Shown: one piece after another, positions 49,854 through 60,052 of the stretch
Layout: each line of letters opens with the position of its first letter
How positions within the stretch are numbered: the stretch's first letter is position 1
Assembly (NCBI GenBank): GCA_963732385.1
Contig: CAVSZB010000007.1
Coordinates: 288,001 to 352,000, forward strand
Length of the DNA stretch: 64,000 bases
From: an uncultured bacterium
GTDB lineage: Bacteria; Krumholzibacteriota; Krumholzibacteriia; LZORAL124-64-63
Direction: 5' to 3'
Notes under the pieces: generated by a model
What the model saw: the letters and a program-made list of their open reading frames with translations, nothing else
What the model was told of the DNA's origin: nothing
Database searches by the model: none
Made by a program: the position numbers and the translations under genes

Positions 49854-49916
49854 ACCGAAACGACCCTGTAATCTACCCAACGGCGGGCGATAACGCAACC
49901 GCTGATCAGCGTTCCG

Positions 49917-50582
49917 TCAACGCGACGGGGCGGCGGCGGCCAGCCCCCTCAGCAACGGCACGAATCGGCAGGGCACGGAACGCTCGATCGCCGGGCGTCC
50001 CTCCCGGCGCTGGAAACGATAGAGGGTCTGGCTGCCGTCCTGCCCGAGGAGCGGGATGATCAATCGCCCTCCCTCGGCCAGGCGCCGGTAGAGCGCCTCG
50101 GGGAAGCGGTCGGCGCAGGCGGTGACCACGATGGCATCGAACAGCAACGGCTCCGGCGGCGGCTCGCAGCCGTCGTGCAACTGCACCGTGACGTTCGTGA
50201 TGCCCTGCTCCGCCAGCGTGATGGCGGCGCGCCGCGCCAGGGGCTCCAGCCGCTCCACGCTCAGCACCGTCCGCGACAGCCGCGCGAGGATGGCCGCCTG
50301 GTAGCCGGAGCCGGTGCCGACCTCGAGCACGGACTCCCCGCCCGTCAGCTCGAGCAGGGCGGTCATCAGGCCCACGGTGAACGGCTGGCTGATGGTCTGC
50401 CCGTAGCCGATCGGCAGCGCGCACGCCTGGTAGGCGCGGTGGCGGATCAGGCGCGGCACGAACAGATGGCGCGGCACCTCGCGCATCGCCGCCAGCACCC
50501 GCGGGTCGACCAGCCCGGCCCCGCGCAGCTGCTCGGTCACCATGCGGCCCCGCGCGACCCGGTAATCGTTCTCGCCGCTCAT
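49917..50582 (-). CDS. pcm: Protein-L-isoaspartate O-methyltransferase
   Basis: 'VPRHLFV', 'LPIGYGQTISQP', 'VLEVGTGSGYQAA', 'FVPL'; overlaps the surE stop. Confidence 0.95.
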   Translation of the reverse strand: MSGENDYRVARGRMVTEQLRGAGLVDPRVLAAMREVPRHLFVPRLIRHRAYQACALPIGYGQTISQPFTVGLMTALLELTGGESVLEVGTGSGYQAAILARLSRTVLSVERLEPLARRAAITLAEQGITNVTVQLHDGCEPPPEPLLFDAIVVTACADRFPEALYRRLAEGGRLIIPLLGQDGSQTLYRFQRREGRPAIERSVPCRFVPLLRGLAAAAPSR

Positions 50583-51376
50583 GCGGGCGCCGCCGGAGGC
50601 GGGATGAGCGGTCCCTCGCGGTTGAAGTCGCCCAACGATCGCAGCAGTTCGTGATGGGTGAGATCGATCAAAAGCGGCGTGATGACCACGAAGCCCTGCT
50701 GCGAGAGGACGAAGTCGGTGTCGGGCGTGTCGGCCCAGGTCGGGCCGGAGCCGCTGATCCAGAGGAACGGACGGCCGCGCGGGTCGACCTGCTGCGTGAC
50801 GACGTCCTGGTATACCCGCGAGCCGAGCCGCGCCACCCGCACGCCGCGGATCTCGTGCGGCGGCCGCTCCGGGATGTTGATGTTCAGCAGTGCGCCGGGG
50901 CCGAGCGGCCGGGCGAGCAGGTCCGGCAGCCGCTCCCGCACGAACGCCGCGGCGCCGCTCCAGTCGCGCGGATGCCAGGCGGCAAGCGACAGCGCCACCC
51001 CCGGGATGCCGAGGATCGCTCCCTCCATGGCGGCCGCCACGGTGCCGGAGTAGGTGACGTCCTCTCCCATGTTCGGCCCGTGGTTGATGCCGCTCAGCAC
51101 GACGTCGGGCGGATCGGCGTGCAACAGGTGCTCGATCGCCACGAGCACGCAGTCGGTCGGCGTGCCGGTGACGGCGTAGCGCCCCTCGCCATGGTCGATC
51201 ACCCGCACCGGCATGGTGAGCGTGAGCGAGTGGCTCGACGCGCTCTGCTGGTCGGCTGGGGCGACCACCGTGATCCGGTAGCGCCCCATGCCGCGCAGCG
51301 TCTCCTCGAGCACCTGCAGGCCGCGCGCCTGGATGCCGTCGTCGTTGGTCAGCAGGATGTGCAGCGGTCGTGGCAT
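50579..51376 (-). CDS. surE: 5'/3'-nucleotidase SurE
   Basis: 'ILLTNDDG', 'GTPTDCV', 'SGINHGPN', 'YSGTVAAAMEG'. Confidence 0.97.
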   Translation of the reverse strand: MPRPLHILLTNDDGIQARGLQVLEETLRGMGRYRITVVAPADQQSASSHSLTLTMPVRVIDHGEGRYAVTGTPTDCVLVAIEHLLHADPPDVVLSGINHGPNMGEDVTYSGTVAAAMEGAILGIPGVALSLAAWHPRDWSGAAAFVRERLPDLLARPLGPGALLNINIPERPPHEIRGVRVARLGSRVYQDVVTQQVDPRGRPFLWISGSGPTWADTPDTDFVLSQQGFVVITPLLIDLTHHELLRSLGDFNREGPLIPPPAAPA

Positions 51377-51397
51377 GATGCCTCCGGATGTCCGCCG

Positions 51398-52075
51398 TCA
51401 GGCCGCCCGGTCGCGCAGCAGAAGCGCGACGAGCCGGAAGAACCGGGCGGTGTCCCGCAGCGGCCGGATGGCGCTGCTCTCCGTCCCGTAGACAGAACTG
51501 ACCGGCGCCGCCCCGATTCGGCACCCCCGCCGCGCCAGCCGCACCAGGATCTCGGACTCGGTGTCGTAGCGGCTCGTGACCAGCCGCAACCCCGCGAGCT
51601 TCGCCACCCGGAACAGCCGGTACCCGCACTGCGAGTCGGGAATCCGCTGTCCCGCGATCCCGCTCACGACCGCCGACGTGAACCGGTTCGTCGCCCGCCG
51701 GATCCATGGCATGCCGACCGGGTTGTCCATGCGCGAGCCGACCACCACGTCCCAGCTGCCGCCCGCCGCCACTTCAAGGAACCGCTGCATCTCGGCCGGC
51801 AGGTGCTGCCCGTCCGCGTCGAGCGTCCAGGCCCACTCCCACCCCGACTCGAGCGCCCGCGCGAACCCCGTGGCGAGCGCCGCCCCCTTGCCGCGGTTCA
51901 CCGGATGGGCGACCACCTCGGCCCCGTGCGCCGTGGCCACCGCCGCCGTGCCGTCGGTGCTGCCGTCGTCCACGACGAGCAGCGCCACGCCCGGCTGCAC
52001 CCGCCGGATCTCGTCCAGCAGCGCCGGCAGATGCGCCGCCCCGTTGAGGGCGGGAATGATGGCTCCATTGATCAC
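51398..52075 (-). CDS. Glycosyltransferase family 2 (DPM1-like)
   Basis: 'IIPALN', 'VDDGSTDGT', 'NRGKGAAL', 'LDADGQH', 'DSQCGYR'. Confidence 0.9.
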   Translation of the reverse strand: MINGAIIPALNGAAHLPALLDEIRRVQPGVALLVVDDGSTDGTAAVATAHGAEVVAHPVNRGKGAALATGFARALESGWEWAWTLDADGQHLPAEMQRFLEVAAGGSWDVVVGSRMDNPVGMPWIRRATNRFTSAVVSGIAGQRIPDSQCGYRLFRVAKLAGLRLVTSRYDTESEILVRLARRGCRIGAAPVSSVYGTESSAIRPLRDTARFFRLVALLLRDRAA

Positions 52076-52232
52076 GGCTGCTCTCCAGGATCGAGGTCGC
52101 CAGAAACTACACGGCGGGCGGATGGGCGGCAAGGGGTTCGCGCCGCGATTGCCACCGGGCAGCCCCCCTGCTAGCATCACCCGGCCCGGCGCCCCTCGCG
52201 CCGTCGCGACTCCCCGCCCCGGAGGTGTCCCG

Positions 52233-52505
52233 ATGCCGTGCCTGCTCGCCCTGCTCGCCCTGGCCACCCCGCGCCTGGTCGTGGTGTTGCTCTGGCTGTT
52301 CACCGGCTGGTTCCACGGCATCTTCCGCGCCGCCCTCTGGCCGGTCCTCGGCTTCATCTTCCTGCCCACGACGCTCCTCTGGTACTGCGCCGTGCACCAC
52401 TGGTTCGGCGGCCACTGGGGCCTCTGGCCGGTCATCGGCCTGGTGATCGCACTCTCGATCGACGTCTCGCCGGCACGCCACAAACGTCGGCGCAAGTCGG
52501 ACTGA
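52233..52505 (+). CDS. Small conserved hypothetical membrane protein
   Basis: GGAGGT RBS; 'PRL..LLWLF...WPVLGFIFLPTTLL', three TM helices, basic tail. Confidence 0.7.
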   Translation: MPCLLALLALATPRLVVVLLWLFTGWFHGIFRAALWPVLGFIFLPTTLLWYCAVHHWFGGHWGLWPVIGLVIALSIDVSPARHKRRRKSD

Positions 52506-52719
52506 CGGCGCTTCGCAACAGGCGACCCGTCCGCGGCGCGGATTGCTTGCGATCGGTTTGCCTGTGCCGATCGAACAGAAGCAAAACCTCCCGGCATGCA
52601 AACGGGGCCTCCACCCATATTTTCATTTCAGCAATGCCCCCGCATTGCCCCAGCCATTTCCCCCAAAGAAAACAGCGGGCCACCTGATTCGGTAACCCGC
52701 CGTCATCATTCAGCTTAGT

Positions 52720-52797
52720 TGGTCGGGGCGGGGAGATTCGAACTCCCGACCCCTTGCACCCCATGCAAGTGCGCTAACCGGGCTGCGCTACGCCCCG
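52720..52797 (-). tRNA. tRNA-Pro(GGG)
   Basis: Reverse complement CGGGGCG...CGCCCCG-ACCA, anticodon loop ATGGGGT. Confidence 0.95.
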
Positions 52798-52884
52798 ACC
52801 AATAAGGGGCCGCGGCGTGGGACCGCGGCGACCACACAATCTAGCATCCGATGGGGGTTGCGACAAGCGGTTTCGGGGCGCGGA

Positions 52885-53301
52885 TCAGCGCGGACCGGGG
52901 CATTTCGGTCTGGCCAAACCGCGCACTAGATCCAGTATCCCGGTCAGTTCGCCGCGCAGGTGGGCGATCTGGCCGGGGCGGTCGAGCTGGGCGAACGGGA
53001 GATCGAGCTGCGGTTCGGGCGGCGTTGCTTCCACTGGCTTCGCGTTGGTGGCGTGCGCTTCGCGTCGCAGTTTGCGCGCGCCGGCGATGCGGAAGCCCTC
53101 CTTGTAGAGGAGGTCGCGGATGGTTTCGATTTCGGCGATGTCCTTGAGGCGGTAGCTGCGGCTGCCGGAGCGGCCTTTGCGGGGGCTGAGGGTGGGGAAT
53201 TCGCTCTCCCAGTAGCGCAGGACGTGGGGCTTGACGCCGGTCAGGGCGGCCACTTCGCTGATGCTGTAGTAGAGTTTGGTAGGATGTTCGCCGTCTGTCA
53301 T
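52885..53301 (-). CDS. MerR family transcriptional regulator
   Basis: 'KLYYSISEVA..TGVKPHVLRYWESEF..L.P.K...R.Y', 'LLYKEGF.I.GAR'; usual neighbour of tRNA-Pro. Confidence 0.92.
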   Translation of the reverse strand: MTDGEHPTKLYYSISEVAALTGVKPHVLRYWESEFPTLSPRKGRSGSRSYRLKDIAEIETIRDLLYKEGFRIAGARKLRREAHATNAKPVEATPPEPQLDLPFAQLDRPGQIAHLRGELTGILDLVRGLARPKCPGPR

Positions 53302-53323
53302 GGCCGTGCCTCCCCCGGTCCGG

Positions 53324-54352
53324 TCAGTCGGCTTCGTCGCGCGGGGCGCGCTCCATCAGGCTGCGCATGGCCGCCACGGGCGGACGGCCGGAGAATATCA
53401 CATCGTGAACTGCTTGCGTGATAGGAAGTTCGATACCGAACTTCAGACCGAGCTTCAAGGCGACCTGGGCCATGGCGACCCCCTCCACGACCTGCAGGGA
53501 GGCGGCCTGGACCGCCTGGGGATCGCGTACGCCGCGCCCGACCTCCTCGCCGAAATTGCGGTTCCGGGAGAAGCGGCTGGTGCAGGTGGTGATCATGTCG
53601 CCGATGCCGGCCAGGCCATAGAAGGAGTGCGCCTGTCCGCCGAGCGCCTGGCCAAGTCGCGCCAGCTCGGCCAGGCCGCGGGTCATGACGGCGCCCCGGG
53701 TGTTGTCGCCGAGGGCGAGGCCGTCGCACAGGCCGGCCGCGATGGCGATGACGTTCTTGAAGGCGGATGAGATTTCCACTCCCGGCAGGTCGTCGTTCGT
53801 GTAGACGCGGAAAGCGGGGCTGTTGAGCCGGCGACGCAGTGGGACCCAGTCCACGCCGGAGCGGCCCGCCAGGACCACCGCGGTCGGCAGGCCGCGCGCC
53901 ACCTCCTCGGCGTGGCTCGGTCCAAGCAGCACACCGACCGGATGGTCGTGGTTGGCGTCGTCGCTCCCGGTCTCCTCCTCGAGGACTTCGCTCAGGCGCA
54001 GCAGGGTGGCCAGTTCCATTCCCTTCGCGAGGCAGATGACCGGCGTGCCGGCCGGCAGCCCGGCGGCGCCGAGCGCGTGCCCCACGTCGCGCACCGCCTG
54101 GCTCGGCACCACGACGAATGTCGTGTCGGCGCCGGCCACCGCCTCGGGGAGATCCAGCGTGGCCCGCACGTTCGGCGGCAGCATGACCCCCGGCAGGTAG
54201 ACCGGATTCTCGCGCGTCTCGTTGATGAGTCGCACCTGCTCGGGCACGATCCCCCACAGCATGACTTCCCGCCAGGTGGTGGCGAGGTGCCGCGAGAATG
54301 ACGTGCCCCACGAACCGGTGCCGAGCACGACGGCCCTGCCTGCCTGGCTCAC
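53324..54352 (-). CDS. gpsA: NAD(P)H-dependent glycerol-3-phosphate dehydrogenase
   Basis: 'GTGSWGT', 'AKGME', 'GPSHAEEV', 'KNVIAIAAG', 'GLAGIGD', 'SRNR', 'VEG'. Confidence 0.96.
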   Translation of the reverse strand: MSQAGRAVVLGTGSWGTSFSRHLATTWREVMLWGIVPEQVRLINETRENPVYLPGVMLPPNVRATLDLPEAVAGADTTFVVVPSQAVRDVGHALGAAGLPAGTPVICLAKGMELATLLRLSEVLEEETGSDDANHDHPVGVLLGPSHAEEVARGLPTAVVLAGRSGVDWVPLRRRLNSPAFRVYTNDDLPGVEISSAFKNVIAIAAGLCDGLALGDNTRGAVMTRGLAELARLGQALGGQAHSFYGLAGIGDMITTCTSRFSRNRNFGEEVGRGVRDPQAVQAASLQVVEGVAMAQVALKLGLKFGIELPITQAVHDVIFSGRPPVAAMRSLMERAPRDEAD

Positions 54353-55053
54353 GACCGGCCCCCTTTCGCGGTGCGCCGCGGCGCGTCGGCGGCGGACTGC
54401 GGCGAGGGGCGCTTCCCCTCGCGCAACTGCGACTCGGTGCCGTCGGCCAGCCGCCGGATGTTGGCGCGGTGCTTGAACAGCACCCAGGCCACGATGACCA
54501 GCGTGAAGCCGAAGATCGTCTTCGAGAAGCTCTCCGAGCGCCATTCGAAGAAGGCGACCGCCACCGGCAAAACGATCGTGGCGCAGAGGCTCGCCAGCGA
54601 GACGATGCGGGCGAAGGCGAAGGCGATCCCCCATACGGCCAGCACCGTGATCAGCGGGTACGGGGCCAGGACGGCGAAGGCGCCGGCGGTCGTGGAGATT
54701 CCCTTGCCGCCGTGGAAGCCGACGAACGGCGACAGCGTGTGGCCGATCGCGGCCACGAAGCCGGCAGTGATGCGCAGCACGTCCGGCGGCAGATGCAGCG
54801 GCAGCGGAGTGTGGGCGGTGCGGACGCTCAGCAGCACGGACATCAGCAGGACCGGCACCGCTCCCTTGAGCATGTCGAGCAGCAGCACCAGACCGCCCCA
54901 CCAGCCGCCGAGCGTGCGGAAGACATTGGTGGCGCCGAGGTTGCCGCTGCCGTGCTCGCGCAGGTCGATGCCGGCGACGCGGCGGGCGATCCAGTAGCTC
55001 GTGGGGATCGAGCCGAGAAAGTAGGCCAGGACCAAACAGACCACGTAGAGCAC
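54349..55053 (-). CDS. plsY: Glycerol-3-phosphate acyltransferase PlsY
   Basis: 'YFLGSIP', 'GSGNLGATN', 'DMLKG', 'GH', 'GGKG', 'HRANIRRL'. Confidence 0.95.
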   Translation of the reverse strand: MLYVVCLVLAYFLGSIPTSYWIARRVAGIDLREHGSGNLGATNVFRTLGGWWGGLVLLLDMLKGAVPVLLMSVLLSVRTAHTPLPLHLPPDVLRITAGFVAAIGHTLSPFVGFHGGKGISTTAGAFAVLAPYPLITVLAVWGIAFAFARIVSLASLCATIVLPVAVAFFEWRSESFSKTIFGFTLVIVAWVLFKHRANIRRLADGTESQLREGKRPSPQSAADAPRRTAKGGRS

Positions 55054-55065
55054 GCCGTCACTCCC

Positions 55066-56376
55066 CTAGTGCGCCTTGAGCTTGATGAAGATGCGGCTGC
55101 CGAGGAAGCCGTAGGTGTCGCGCAGGCGGTTGTTGAGGAAGCGCAGGTAGTGGCGGGCGAAGACCGCCGGGTCGTTCACCGACAGCACGATGACCGGCGG
55201 CGCCACTCCGGTCTGCGTGGCGTAGTAGACCCGCCCGGTGCCGCCTTCGTGCGAGCGCGGCGGCTGCTCATCCATTACTTTCTTGAGGAAGCGGTTCAAC
55301 TCGCCGGTGTCGATGCGGCGCTGGCGCGCCTCGTGCACCTCCCACGCCTTCTCGATGACGCCGCCGCTGCGCTGGCGGGTCAGCGCCGAGAGGGTCATGA
55401 AGGGTGCATAGGAGACGAACGGCACCTCCATCTGGAATTTCTCCCAGAGTTCCAGGTGGGTCTTGTGATCCTTCTCGACCAGGTCCCACTTGTTGAAGGC
55501 GATCAGCATCCCCTTGCCCTGATCGTGGATCATCCCGGCGATGCGGGCGTCCTGCGCCACGCCGCCGGCCGAGGCGTCGACGATCAGCACCGCCACGTCG
55601 CACTCCTCGATGGCCCGCTCGCTGCGCAGGACGCTGAACACCTCGACCGCCTCGTCGATGCGCGAGCGGCGGCGCAGGCCGGCGGTATCGACCAGGCGCA
55701 GCACGCGCCCCTGCCAGCGCAGGTCGGTGTTGATGGAGTCGCGCGTGGTGCCGGGGATGTCGCTTACGAGCGATTCCTGACGCCCCACGAGCAGGTTGAG
55801 CAGGCTCGACTTGCCGACGTTGGGCCGGCCGACGATGGCGATGCGGCAGTCGCACGGGGTTTCCGCCGCATCGGTGGGGAAGCCGGCCACGACCAGGTCG
55901 AGCAGGTCCCCCACGTTCTGGCCGTGCAGCGCGCTGATGCCGGTCGGGTCGCCCAGGCCGAGCTTCCAGAACTCCGGCACGGCGAAGAGGTTGGTATCCT
56001 TTTCGATCTTGTTGACCGCCAGCACCACCGGCTTGCCGCTCTTGCGCAGCAGGTTGGCGATGTGCTCGTCCCAGGCGGTTACTCCGGTCTGGCCATCGAC
56101 GAGAAACAGCGCCACGTCGGCCTCGGCGATGGCGTCGAGGGCGATGTCGGTCACGACACGGTCGAACTGGGAGACGGTCTCGCCGAACGGCACAATGCCG
56201 CCGGTGTCGAGCAGCAGGAACGGATGGCCCGCCCAGTCGGTGCGCTCGGCGATGCGGTCGCGGGTGACGCCGGCGCTTTCGTGGACGACGGCGCGCCGCT
56301 CCCCCACGATCCGGTTGAAGAGCGTCGACTTGCCGACGTTCGGTCGCCCGACGATGACCACGGTGCGCAGGGACAC
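55066..56376 (-). CDS. der: Ribosome biogenesis GTPase Der
   Basis: Two 'GRPNVGKS' G1 motifs, 'DTGG'/'DTAG', 'NKWD', C-terminal KH-like domain. Confidence 0.97.
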   Translation of the reverse strand: MSLRTVVIVGRPNVGKSTLFNRIVGERRAVVHESAGVTRDRIAERTDWAGHPFLLLDTGGIVPFGETVSQFDRVVTDIALDAIAEADVALFLVDGQTGVTAWDEHIANLLRKSGKPVVLAVNKIEKDTNLFAVPEFWKLGLGDPTGISALHGQNVGDLLDLVVAGFPTDAAETPCDCRIAIVGRPNVGKSSLLNLLVGRQESLVSDIPGTTRDSINTDLRWQGRVLRLVDTAGLRRRSRIDEAVEVFSVLRSERAIEECDVAVLIVDASAGGVAQDARIAGMIHDQGKGMLIAFNKWDLVEKDHKTHLELWEKFQMEVPFVSYAPFMTLSALTRQRSGGVIEKAWEVHEARQRRIDTGELNRFLKKVMDEQPPRSHEGGTGRVYYATQTGVAPPVIVLSVNDPAVFARHYLRFLNNRLRDTYGFLGSRIFIKLKAH

Positions 56377-56446
56377 GTTGAACCACCCGCGACGCTGACG
56401 CCGCAAATTGCCTGTTTACAAGCAGATCGACCGGAACTGCTCGAAA

Positions 56447-57748
56447 CTACTCCAAAGCGGCCCAGAAGTCAACCAGACCGTCCTCCGGTGGCACGAGCAG
56501 CTCGTGCGGGGAGCCTGCGGCGATGGCGGCGAGGTCGAGATCGTCGAGCGTGACCTCGTTGGCGTTGAACATGCGCGGTGGCAGGAGCACGGTGCGCCGC
56601 GGCTCGGGCGGCAGCGCTTGCAGGGTGCGGCGGACGTCGCCGCCAGCGAGCAGCCCCGCCACCGTGACGGTGGCGCCGTAGAAGCGGTTCTCCACCGCCA
56701 GCACCTCCACCGGCGGCGCGCCGGCCGCGGCGAACAGCGGCAGCAGCTCGCGCGCGAACCCCTGCGCGCCGAGGCGTCCGGTAAGGATCGTGAGGGGGCG
56801 GGTCGGCGCGCGGCCGCGGTCGCGCAGGTCGTCCAGCGCTTCGCGCCAGGAGTCGCGCAGGTGGACGGTCAGGCCGATGCCGTTGTCGACCTGCGGGAAG
56901 TCGTCGTAGACGGTGGCGTCGGGAAAAGGATGGTCGGCGAGCAGGTAGAATTCGTCGCTGAGGTGGACGAAGGTTTCCCCCGTCCCGGCGCGCGCGCTCT
57001 CCTGCCAGGCCGACACCTGCGCGATCACCGCGCGGGCGATGGCCGGGGTAACCGGATCGAGCCGCCTGAGTTCTTCGCGGTGCGCCGTCAGTCCGACCGG
57101 CACGATCGCCAGCGACCCCACCCCCGGGTGCAGCGCCAGCAGCTCGCGGATCGACTGGTCGAGGATGGCGCCGTCGTTGAGGCCGGGACAGAGCACGATC
57201 TGCGTGTGGACGTCGATGCCGCCGTCGACCAGCTCGCGCAGGATCGGCAGTACGTCGATGCGCCGCTTGATGCCGAGCAGCCGCGTGCGCACGTCGGTGT
57301 CGGTGGCGTGCACGGAGACGAACAGTGGCGACATCTTCTGCTCGAGGATCCGCTTGAGCCCCTTGCGGCCGAGCGAAGTGAGCGTGATGTAGTTGCCGTA
57401 GAGGAAGCTGAAGCGGTAGTCCTCGTCCTTCACGTAGATCGGCGCCCGCATCCCCTGCGGGTTCTGGTCAATGAAGCAGAAGACGCAGTTGCAGGCGCAG
57501 GTCCTGAATTCCATCGGCGCGAACGCCTGCGTGACCTGGTCGAGCGCCGTCGGCGGCACCGCCACCCGCAGCTCGCTGCCGTCGCCCCGGCGGATCGTGA
57601 GCATGGTCCGCTCGCCCTCGGGCATGTAGTAGTAGAGGTCGAGCATGTCTTCGATCAGACGACCGTCGACGGCAACCACGGCGTCACCCGGCGCCCACTT
57701 GTGCAGGCGGTCGAGCGGGGGCGGGAACGGTGAAACCAGCTGGATCAT
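56447..57748 (-). CDS. DUF512 domain radical-SAM-like protein
   Basis: CxxxCxxC 'CACNCVFC', 'KDEDYRFSFLYGNYITLT', 'HTQIVLCPG.NDG', 'VTVAGLL'. Confidence 0.9.
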   Translation of the reverse strand: MIQLVSPFPPPLDRLHKWAPGDAVVAVDGRLIEDMLDLYYYMPEGERTMLTIRRGDGSELRVAVPPTALDQVTQAFAPMEFRTCACNCVFCFIDQNPQGMRAPIYVKDEDYRFSFLYGNYITLTSLGRKGLKRILEQKMSPLFVSVHATDTDVRTRLLGIKRRIDVLPILRELVDGGIDVHTQIVLCPGLNDGAILDQSIRELLALHPGVGSLAIVPVGLTAHREELRRLDPVTPAIARAVIAQVSAWQESARAGTGETFVHLSDEFYLLADHPFPDATVYDDFPQVDNGIGLTVHLRDSWREALDDLRDRGRAPTRPLTILTGRLGAQGFARELLPLFAAAGAPPVEVLAVENRFYGATVTVAGLLAGGDVRRTLQALPPEPRRTVLLPPRMFNANEVTLDDLDLAAIAAGSPHELLVPPEDGLVDFWAALE

Positions 57749-57911
57749 GCGGCGCACCCCGGGACGGAGGTTCGGGGACCATTAACGCACGGATCGTCCG
57801 GAGGGGCAATATCGCGGCTCGTGCCGGGCGCGGCCACGCCGTAAAGTGGGAAGCGCCTCGACGACAGCCGTCCGGCGGACGTCGTCTCTCCCGCGCGCGA
57901 AGGACCACGCC

Positions 57912-58337
57912 ATGCCGCCCTGCCCCGAACCCACTCCGGACATCGTCTACGGCACCTACTGCTCCGCGCGGAAGCGCCCCGACGCCGGGCTGTTGCCAGC
58001 GCTCGCGCGCTACGACAGCGCCCGCCTGCGCGAGGTGGCCCGGCTGGCTGCGGCCGACGGCGCGCGGCTGCTGATCCTGTCGGGCCGGTTCGGCCTGCTC
58101 ACGCCCGGGGCGGAGATCCCGTGGTACGACCAGCGCCTGCTGGCGGAGGCGGCGCCGGAGCTGACGACGCGCGTGGCAATGCAGTTGCGCGACGAGCGGG
58201 TGGCGGTCCTGGTTTGGTTCACGGTCGATCCCGCGGTCGAACCCGGCGTGATGCCGTACCGCGAGGTGATGCGGGGCGCCGCCGCCGCCGCGGGCGTGGC
58301 GTGGCGCGAGCGGATCGTGGACGACACCGGAGATTGA
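57912..58337 (+). CDS. DUF6884-like hypothetical protein
   Basis: 'CSARK...PA..RY', 'ILSGRFGLL', 'IPWYD'; AAGGA RBS. Confidence 0.6.
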   Translation: MPPCPEPTPDIVYGTYCSARKRPDAGLLPALARYDSARLREVARLAAADGARLLILSGRFGLLTPGAEIPWYDQRLLAEAAPELTTRVAMQLRDERVAVLVWFTVDPAVEPGVMPYREVMRGAAAAAGVAWRERIVDDTGD

Positions 58338-58360
58338 GCGGACGCCCGCAGGTCTGCGGT

Positions 58361-60007
<1,647 letters not shown>

Positions 60008-60052
60008 CGGCCGACAGTAACCCCGGCGGGCGGGATCGGCAAATCGGGTACG

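Noticed and set aside
49776..52797. Two tRNA-Pro genes with near-identical ends flanking 3 kb, possibly attL/attR of an island
   Set aside because: Both are complete tRNAs with different anticodons, and the enclosed surE/pcm are core genes with no integrase.
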